Of a stretch of 64,000 nt of DNA, positions 57,960 to 64,000 are shown piece after piece; positions within the stretch are counted from its first letter, which is position 1; each line of letters starts with the position of its first letter. Position numbers and translations under genes: made by a program. The DNA lies in NCBI GenBank assembly GCA_963806225.1, contig CAWDXG010000001.1, forward strand, positions 1,408,001 through 1,472,000. Direction: 5' to 3'. Below the pieces are notes generated by a model, which worked only from the letters and a program-made list of their open reading frames with translations, ran no database searches and had not been told where the DNA came from. The DNA is from an uncultured delta proteobacterium. GTDB lineage: Bacteria; Myxococcota_A; Polyangia; Polyangiales; Polyangiaceae.

Positions 57960-59030
57960 ATGCAGTGGCTCCGCTCGAGCTTCGTCCGCCGTGCCCGCCG
58001 TCTGCTGCCGGCACTGGTGCTGCTCGTCCCCGCGTGTGACTTCCACTGTGGCGGCGGCCCACCGAAGAAGGCGGCCCAGCACATCAGCGACTCCGGACCG
58101 GGCCGCGTGGAGATGGTGCGCAATGGTAGCGAGCCCCGCGTCAAGCTCTCGGTCGGACGTTGGACGGGGCTTCGCTACCACATGGAGCTGACCAGCAGCG
58201 GTTCGTTCGGGGTCACGGGGCGCCCGCCGCTGCGTCCGCCGGCGACGGTGGCGACCCTGGGCTTGACGGTCATCCGCGGCACCGCCAACCCGGTTCCGTG
58301 CGGCGGGCGGCACTGCGTCGAGGAGCGCGCCGTGTTCGAGAGCCTGCGCGTCAAGGGCGGCGGCCTGCCGCCGGAGCTGGCGGCGAAGACCAACCAGGCG
58401 CTGGCGGTGATCGACGGGACGACCATGCGCCAGCTCGTGACGGACGACGGCGAGATCGCCGAGATGAAGACCGAGCTGGTCGGCGGCAAGAAGCCCGACC
58501 CGCAGGTGCAGAAGACCCTCGACCAGGTCTGGGACTCGCAGCGGCACTTCCCGTTCCGTCTGCCGCCGGTGCCGGTGGGGGTCGGGGCGAGCTGGCGCTT
58601 CACCGAGCCGACGGAGCTGCGCGGGGTGCGCGCGATGCAGCTGGCAGACATGACCATCGTCGGCATGGACGAAAGGAGCGTCCGCATCCGCATCCGGCTG
58701 CATCAGCAGGCGCCGCGGCAGGAGCTGGAGAATCCGCTCGACCCCAGCTCCACGGCCATCCTCGAGCGCTATCGCGGCGACGGCCAGGGCGAGCTCACCA
58801 TCGACCGCGAGACGGCCGTGATGCTTCGCGCCCACCTCGCGATCACCGCCAGCCTGCGGCTCAGTGCGCTCGACGAGCAGGGGCACAAGAAGCAGGTGAC
58901 GTTCGTGGCGGCGACACTGATGCAGGCGCGCGGTTCGATCGGCGCGCCCGAAGCCGGCGCGTCCAGAGCGGACGCCGGCACCGACGGGGCCGCCGAAGCC
59001 GCGGTGGCCGACGGCGGAACTGCGCCGTGA
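57960..59030 (+). CDS. Hypothetical lipoprotein
   Basis: Lipobox-like VPAC and a beta-rich body with 'LPPVPVGVGASWR'. Stop coupled to the next gene. Confidence 0.7.
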   Translation: MQWLRSSFVRRARRLLPALVLLVPACDFHCGGGPPKKAAQHISDSGPGRVEMVRNGSEPRVKLSVGRWTGLRYHMELTSSGSFGVTGRPPLRPPATVATLGLTVIRGTANPVPCGGRHCVEERAVFESLRVKGGGLPPELAAKTNQALAVIDGTTMRQLVTDDGEIAEMKTELVGGKKPDPQVQKTLDQVWDSQRHFPFRLPPVPVGVGASWRFTEPTELRGVRAMQLADMTIVGMDERSVRIRIRLHQQAPRQELENPLDPSSTAILERYRGDGQGELTIDRETAVMLRAHLAITASLRLSALDEQGHKKQVTFVAATLMQARGSIGAPEAGASRADAGTDGAAEAAVADGGTAP

Positions 59031-61471
59031 AGGACGGCTATTCGCTACGCGCCGGCCTGGGCGTGCTGCTGCTCAGCACGGCGCTGATGACGACCGAGCT
59101 CGTGCTCACGCGCATCTTCTCGGTCATCGTCTGGTACCACTTCGCTTTCTTCGCGATCTCGGTCGCGCTGTTCGGCAGCGGCGCCGCCGCGCTGGTGGTG
59201 CACCTGGCGCAGCAGCGGCTGGCCTCGCGGGGGACGGGGCGGCTGCTCGCCGCCGGAGCGCTGGCGCTCGCGGCGGCGGTGGTGCTGGTGGATCTCGCGC
59301 TCCTGCACGTGACGCCGGACTGGTTCGGCAGCGGCGCGGGCTTCGCGCACCTGACGCTCAAGCTGCTGGCGCTGTTCCTGCTCACGGCGCTGCCGTTCTT
59401 CTGCGGCGGGTTTGCGCTGGCGCTTGCCGTGCTGCGCTTCTCGCGCGTGGTGCACCGCGTCTACTACCAGGATCTGCTGGGCGCCGGGCTCGGTTGCCTG
59501 CTTGTGATCCCGCTGCTGGGCGCGCTGGGCGGGCCGCTGTCGCTGCTGGCTGCGTCGTTCGCCGCCATCATGGCCGCGCTGCTCTTCGCGGGCTCCGGCC
59601 CCGAACGCATGTCGCGCGGGCTCGCGCTGGGCGCGGCGGCGGGCGCGCTTGTGCTGGTTGGGTTGGCGCTGACCAATCCGCAGACGAAGCTGTTCCGCGT
59701 GAGCGTGGCCAAGGGCATCCCGCTCGCGCGGCTGCACCCCGAGTTCAACCGCTGGAACTCGTTCTCGATGGTGACGGTGCTGCCGCAGATGGGCTTCCGC
59801 GGCTGGGGGCTCTCGCCCGCCTACAAGGGGCCGATCGCCAAGCAGAAGACGCTGGTCATCGACATGAACGCGATGACCACGCTCACGCGCTTCAACGGCT
59901 CGTTCGACAGCGTGCGCTACGTCTCGTTTGATCTCGGCGCGTTCGTCTACCGGCTCGCGCCGGATGCGGGTCGCGTGTGCGTGGTCGGTGCCGGCGGCGG
60001 CAAGGACGTGCTCGCGGCGCTGGCTTCGGGGGCGAAGCACGCGACCGCCGTCGAGATCAATCCGCTCATCGTCAACGACGTGGTCCGCGGGAAGTTCCGC
60101 GCTTTCACCGGCGACCTGTACGACCGCAAGGACGTGAGCGTGGCCGTCGAGGACGGCCGCGCCTTCGTGCGCCGACATGCGGGACAGTTCAACGTCCTGC
60201 AGCTGAGCATGGTCGACACGTCGGCGGCGACAGCGGCGGGCGCCTATGCGCTGACCGAGAACAGCCTCTACACCGCCGACGCCTTTCGCGACTTCCTGAA
60301 GAGCCTGCGTCCGGGGGGCCTGCTCAGCGTCTCGTCGGTCAGCCTGCCCGGGCTCGCCGTGGGCGCTCGGCTGGCCAGCATCGCGCGCGCGGCCGTGGTC
60401 GAGCGCGGCGGCGATCCGTCGCGCTCGGTGCTCGTGCTCTCCACGCCCTGGCTGAACGCGAAGCGGGCCACGCTATACAACCTGATCGTCAAGCCGGATG
60501 GCTTTTCGCCGGCCGAGGCGGATCGCGCCCTCGGGCTCGCGCGGCAGCTGCGGTTCGCGCCCGTCTACGTGCCCGGTCGCGCCCCGACGCCGGACGGCAT
60601 CGAGCAGCGCTGGATTGCGCAGATCCTCGGCGCGCGTGACAGCGCCGCCCTGGCCAGGACCGAACGCAGCTGGCCGTTGGACGTCTCCGCCACCACGGAC
60701 GATCACCCGTTCTTCTTCTACCAGAACCGTCTGCGCGATCTGTGGCGCTCGTTCGGTGCGCCGGAGCCGTCACATCCGTTCGGCAATGGGCTCGTCATCC
60801 TGTCCAAGGTGGTGCTGGTCTCGGTGGTGCTGGCGCTGTTGTTTCTCTTGATCCCGTTCTGGTGGGGCCGGCGCGAGCTCGGTGCGGGGCACGGCGCCGT
60901 GGGTTGGGATCTCGCGTACGTCGCGTGTCTCGGTTTCGGCTTCATGTTCATCGAGATAGCGCTGATGCTGCGCTTCAGCCTGTACCTCGGGCACCCGACG
61001 CTGACCTTGAGCGTGGTGCTGCTGGTGCTGCTCGTCGCCAGTGCGTTCGGCAGCCGTCTGCTGGCGCGGGGCGGGCCGGGGCAGAGCCGGCGTCTGCGCT
61101 GGGCGCTGGGCGCGCTGGTGGTCTACGCGCTGCTTCTGGTGGTGTTTGCCGGGCGCGCGATCGCACTGGGCTCCGGTGCCTCGGGGCTGGTGCGCTCGCT
61201 GGTGGCCGCGGCGCTGATCGCGCCGCTCGGATTCCTGCTCGGTGTGCCGTTCCCGACTGGCCTGCGCGCGGTGGCGGAACGCGCCAACTCGCGCATCCCC
61301 TGGCTGTGGAGCGTCAATAGCGCCACGTCGGTGCTCGGCTCGGTGCTGGCGACGCTCGTCGCGCTGCACGCGGGGATCCCGGCGACGCTGGCGACGGGCG
61401 CTGCCCTGTACGGGGTCGTGCTGGCCCTGTCGTTCAAGGTGGTCGGCGCCGAGCCGGTCACGGACGCCTGA
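59027..61471 (+). CDS. Multi-TM membrane protein with central SAM-dependent (spermidine synthase-like) domain
   Basis: About 7 N-terminal TMs ('ELVLTRIFS..WYHFAFFAISVALFG'), 'VGAGGGKDV', 'VEIN', 'DGR', 'TDDHPFF', and C-terminal TMs with 'GVPFPTG' and 'WLWSVNS'. Confidence 0.85.
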   Translation: MKDGYSLRAGLGVLLLSTALMTTELVLTRIFSVIVWYHFAFFAISVALFGSGAAALVVHLAQQRLASRGTGRLLAAGALALAAAVVLVDLALLHVTPDWFGSGAGFAHLTLKLLALFLLTALPFFCGGFALALAVLRFSRVVHRVYYQDLLGAGLGCLLVIPLLGALGGPLSLLAASFAAIMAALLFAGSGPERMSRGLALGAAAGALVLVGLALTNPQTKLFRVSVAKGIPLARLHPEFNRWNSFSMVTVLPQMGFRGWGLSPAYKGPIAKQKTLVIDMNAMTTLTRFNGSFDSVRYVSFDLGAFVYRLAPDAGRVCVVGAGGGKDVLAALASGAKHATAVEINPLIVNDVVRGKFRAFTGDLYDRKDVSVAVEDGRAFVRRHAGQFNVLQLSMVDTSAATAAGAYALTENSLYTADAFRDFLKSLRPGGLLSVSSVSLPGLAVGARLASIARAAVVERGGDPSRSVLVLSTPWLNAKRATLYNLIVKPDGFSPAEADRALGLARQLRFAPVYVPGRAPTPDGIEQRWIAQILGARDSAALARTERSWPLDVSATTDDHPFFFYQNRLRDLWRSFGAPEPSHPFGNGLVILSKVVLVSVVLALLFLLIPFWWGRRELGAGHGAVGWDLAYVACLGFGFMFIEIALMLRFSLYLGHPTLTLSVVLLVLLVASAFGSRLLARGGPGQSRRLRWALGALVVYALLLVVFAGRAIALGSGASGLVRSLVAAALIAPLGFLLGVPFPTGLRAVAERANSRIPWLWSVNSATSVLGSVLATLVALHAGIPATLATGAALYGVVLALSFKVVGAEPVTDA

Positions 61472-63248
61472 GCGCGTCGAGAATCACCCTGGAAAGGCCC
61501 GGCAGCCTCAGGGAATGGCCCGGCCGCGGCAGGCGCAGCCGCTCCAGCCCCTTGGCGCCCATGGTCAGCACCACGAAGCGCGACGAGTCGAGATCGCCAT
61601 CGAAGTGGTAGCGCAGCCGCTTCGGCCCCCAACCGTCCATGGCCAGGACCTCCACGTCCATGCCGCGGACATGGAAACGCTCGCCGGCCCGGAGTGGCCG
61701 ATCGGCGGTGCGCAGCAGGTCGACCATCGGCAGCTCCAGCAGGCTGCTGTGCTCCGTGGCGAGCTCCAGCGTGTCGGGGGCGACACGGCGCAGGCGGATC
61801 GGCTGCCAGGTGGTGCTGAGCGCGCGCCAGGCGTGGGGCAGGGGGCTGCCGGCTTCGTGGCGGACGTAGGGCGGATAGAGCAGCGTCATCGGCTCGAACG
61901 AGTTGAGCAGGACGAGCGTCCGGCCGTTCAGCTGCTGGTCGTCGAGCTTCGCGCGAGCATACAGAGTGCGGGGCATCTGCTGCGCGGCGCTCCAGCCGGC
62001 GGCGCTGGCGAACGTGCTCAGCGGGGCACCCAGCACATGCGAGCCGAGCAGCCCCAGTCCGACCAGTCCGCCCAGCCACACCAGAGGTCGCTTGAGTGCG
62101 CCGGTTTCACGGAAGCGCCGCGCCGCATCGCGGAGCAGCACGCCGACGAACACGCAGCCGCCCAGCGCCGGAATCAGCAGCAGGCGCGCAGAGGGTTGGG
62201 TGCCCAGCGTGGGCAGCATGGAAAGGACCGAGCCGAGCAGCAAAAACAGCACAGTGCGTCGTTCGGCCGGCTCGAGGCGTCGTACCGCTCCGGGCGTCAG
62301 CACGGCGATCGCGGCGAGCATCGGGACCGAGAGCCACACCGCCATGGAGTGCTGGAGCAGCGCGAAGTGGGCGAACTGGGCGGGTACGTGCAACAGCTCG
62401 GCGACGAGCAGAGCCGGGAACCTCGAGAGCGCACTCACGGCGAACAGCAGCGGCCGCCGAAGCGGGTCCAGGTAGACGCTCGAGCCGCGCGCGCCGTAGC
62501 CCAACGCGACGTGCACGGCTACGTACGCCGCGAGCGGGATCGCAACGGGCCAGAGCGCGCGCACCCGGCGCTTGAACCCGCCCGGGCCGGCCACCAGCTC
62601 GTACGCGAGCAGGTAGCCGAGCATCGCGAGCGCGTACTCACCGCCGGCCAGCGACAGCGCAAAGGCCAGAGCCGCGAGCAGCGGACTCCGGCTCGAGCCG
62701 CGTTCGCGCGAGGCGATGTGCGCCCACAGCGCGAGCAGGCCGAACAGCCCGCTGATGATCGCGTTGCGGTTCGCCAGCCAGCCGAGCGGGACGATGCTGG
62801 CGGGGTCGAACGCGTAGATCGCCACGGCGATCAGCGCGAGCGCTGTCGGGACCCGTTTGCGCAGGAAAGCCGCGAACACGAGCAGCAGTGCTAGCCACCA
62901 CAAGAGCGAATGCAGGTGCTGCACGAAGGGCGACAGGTGCAGCACGTTCACGTCCAGGGCGATCAGCAGGCTGGACAGCGGGCGAAGCGCCGTGAGCTTG
63001 AGCTGGGGGTGCGTCCACCAGGGAAACGTGCCGGCGTCCTTCAGCGGCCCGAGATCGCCCCGCGAGGCGTCCACGAACGCGAAAAGATCGAGCGTCGAGC
63101 GCTGGACCGGGTAGCTGCCGTCCAGCATGGATCGCTGCAGATAGTCGTCCGCAACCAGGCCTGAGTGGACCACCGGCCAGTGGGCGGCGCACCCGATCAC
63201 GGCGAGCGCGAGCACGACTAGCGCGTAGCGCCGGCGACCCATGGCCAT
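61458..63248 (-). CDS. Integral membrane protein, GT-C-like (lipid-linked-sugar glycosyltransferase superfamily) architecture
   Basis: Acidic pair 'ADDY' after TM1, 'RPL', 'WLANRN', 'LAGGEYA', 'RLL.IP', and a C-terminal soluble domain. Start uncertain (63266, 63248 or 63242). Confidence 0.65.
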   Translation of the reverse strand: MAMGRRRYALVVLALAVIGCAAHWPVVHSGLVADDYLQRSMLDGSYPVQRSTLDLFAFVDASRGDLGPLKDAGTFPWWTHPQLKLTALRPLSSLLIALDVNVLHLSPFVQHLHSLLWWLALLLVFAAFLRKRVPTALALIAVAIYAFDPASIVPLGWLANRNAIISGLFGLLALWAHIASRERGSSRSPLLAALAFALSLAGGEYALAMLGYLLAYELVAGPGGFKRRVRALWPVAIPLAAYVAVHVALGYGARGSSVYLDPLRRPLLFAVSALSRFPALLVAELLHVPAQFAHFALLQHSMAVWLSVPMLAAIAVLTPGAVRRLEPAERRTVLFLLLGSVLSMLPTLGTQPSARLLLIPALGGCVFVGVLLRDAARRFRETGALKRPLVWLGGLVGLGLLGSHVLGAPLSTFASAAGWSAAQQMPRTLYARAKLDDQQLNGRTLVLLNSFEPMTLLYPPYVRHEAGSPLPHAWRALSTTWQPIRLRRVAPDTLELATEHSSLLELPMVDLLRTADRPLRAGERFHVRGMDVEVLAMDGWGPKRLRYHFDGDLDSSRFVVLTMGAKGLERLRLPRPGHSLRLPGLSRVILDALRRP

Positions 63249-63307
63249 CGCGCCTCGTTCTAGCATCCTCCGCCGCTTGGGCGTTGCCGAATCCGGCTGT
63301 GTCGTCT

Positions 63308-64000
63308 ATGCGAAAAGCTGTGAGTGACGTCCAGGCGGTCCCGGCGCGACGTCGGGCGGGTTTCGTCGGGTTCGCGGCCGTCGTCGCGCTACACCTGGCG
63401 CTGCTCGCGTACTTCGCGCCGCCGCGGGTGATGTTCTCGTCGCAGCCCGTGCTGACGGTCGACCACGCGCTGCACATCTACCAGATCCAGCGCGCTCGCG
63501 AAGCGTTCAAGGGCTGGGGGGCTCTGTGGGGCTACGACCCGGGGCAGCTGGCGGGGCAACCGGCAGGCGTCGAGGAGGATCTGACCAGCAAGGGGACCGA
63601 GCTGTTCGTGATCGCTCTCGGGCGCCTCGGCGTGCCGATGGGGCTCGCATTCAACCTGCTGATCGTCCTCGTGCAGCTCTCCGTGCCGTTTGTTGGTCTA
63701 TGCCTCGGCACGCCTGTTCGATCTCGATCGGCGTCAGTCGACCATCGCGGCGCTGCTCTGGGTCCTGCTCTGGTTCTTCGACTCGTTCATGCACTGGTGC
63801 TGGTGGGTCGGGATGTTCACCTGGTCGATGGCCAGCTTGCTCGTCGTGCTGCTCCTGGCGCTCTTCTACCGGGCACTCGAGTCGGAACGGCGCATCTGGT
63901 TTCTGCCCCTCGCGCTCGTTGCAGCCACCCTGACCTTGAACCACCCGTTCGGCGTGCTCGCGCTCGTGGCGCCGTGTCTGGTGCTCTACGTGCGGGCGTT
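63308..64000 (+). CDS. Partial integral membrane protein (GT-C-like), runs off the window; apparent +1 frameshift near 63695
   Basis: 'DHALH.YQ...WGYDP..LAGQP' followed by multiple TM segments and 'NHP'. Not in the ORF track. Confidence 0.65.
   Translation, partial: MRKAVSDVQAVPARRRAGFVGFAAVVALHLALLAYFAPPRVMFSSQPVLTVDHALHIYQIQRAREAFKGWGALWGYDPGQLAGQPAGVEEDLTSKGTELFVIALGRLGVPMGLAFNLLIVLVQLSVPFVGLCLGTPVRSRSASVDHRGAALGPALVLRLVHALVLVGRDVHLVDGQLARRAAPGALLPGTRVGTAHLVSAPRARCSHPDLEPPVRRARARGAVSGALRAGV

Noticed and set aside
55227..59030. 1267-aa ORF, and similar long ORFs such as 2504-5032, 19912-22437, 29882-32233 and 4798-6888
   Set aside because: Shadow or off-frame ORFs expected in high-GC DNA, overlapping well-supported genes. 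Only parts are real coding frame (57960-59030; about 20293-21060).

Overview
Very GC-rich chromosomal window that reads as a myxobacterium (Myxococcota, probably Polyangiaceae-like). That call is inferred from the gene content: MXAN_5187-like protein, Ser/Thr kinase-PEGA cassette, Cys-rich lipoproteins and a mevalonate pathway. About 50 genes are supported. Housekeeping genes are trxB, family-4 uracil-DNA glycosylase, lexA, ychF, hisC, a partial complex I operon (nuoEFJKLMN) and a clustered mevalonate/isoprenoid pathway (HMGR, PMK, MVD, MVK, prenyl synthase, fni). Envelope genes include an ExbB/ExbD/TonB trio, a DUF4398-OmpA pair, many lipoproteins and GT-C-like membrane proteins. I saw no rRNA, tRNA, CRISPR array, transposase or phage gene. 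At least 11 apparent single-base indels split genes or create false fusions in the ORF track; they are probably consensus errors. The most notable observations are: (1) a TPR / Ser-Thr kinase / TPR-PEGA / 17-repeat Cys-rich lipoprotein cassette that looks like a trans-envelope signalling module; (2) complex I subunits with extra domains (PKD-like tail on NuoL, extra hydrophobic N-terminus on NuoM); (3) a palindromic candidate LexA operator overlapping a clean sigma70-type promoter; (4) a prenyl synthase with a eukaryotic-FPPS-like chain-length motif; (5) a 76-bp dispersed intergenic repeat. All family calls come from motif recognition by eye, not database searches.
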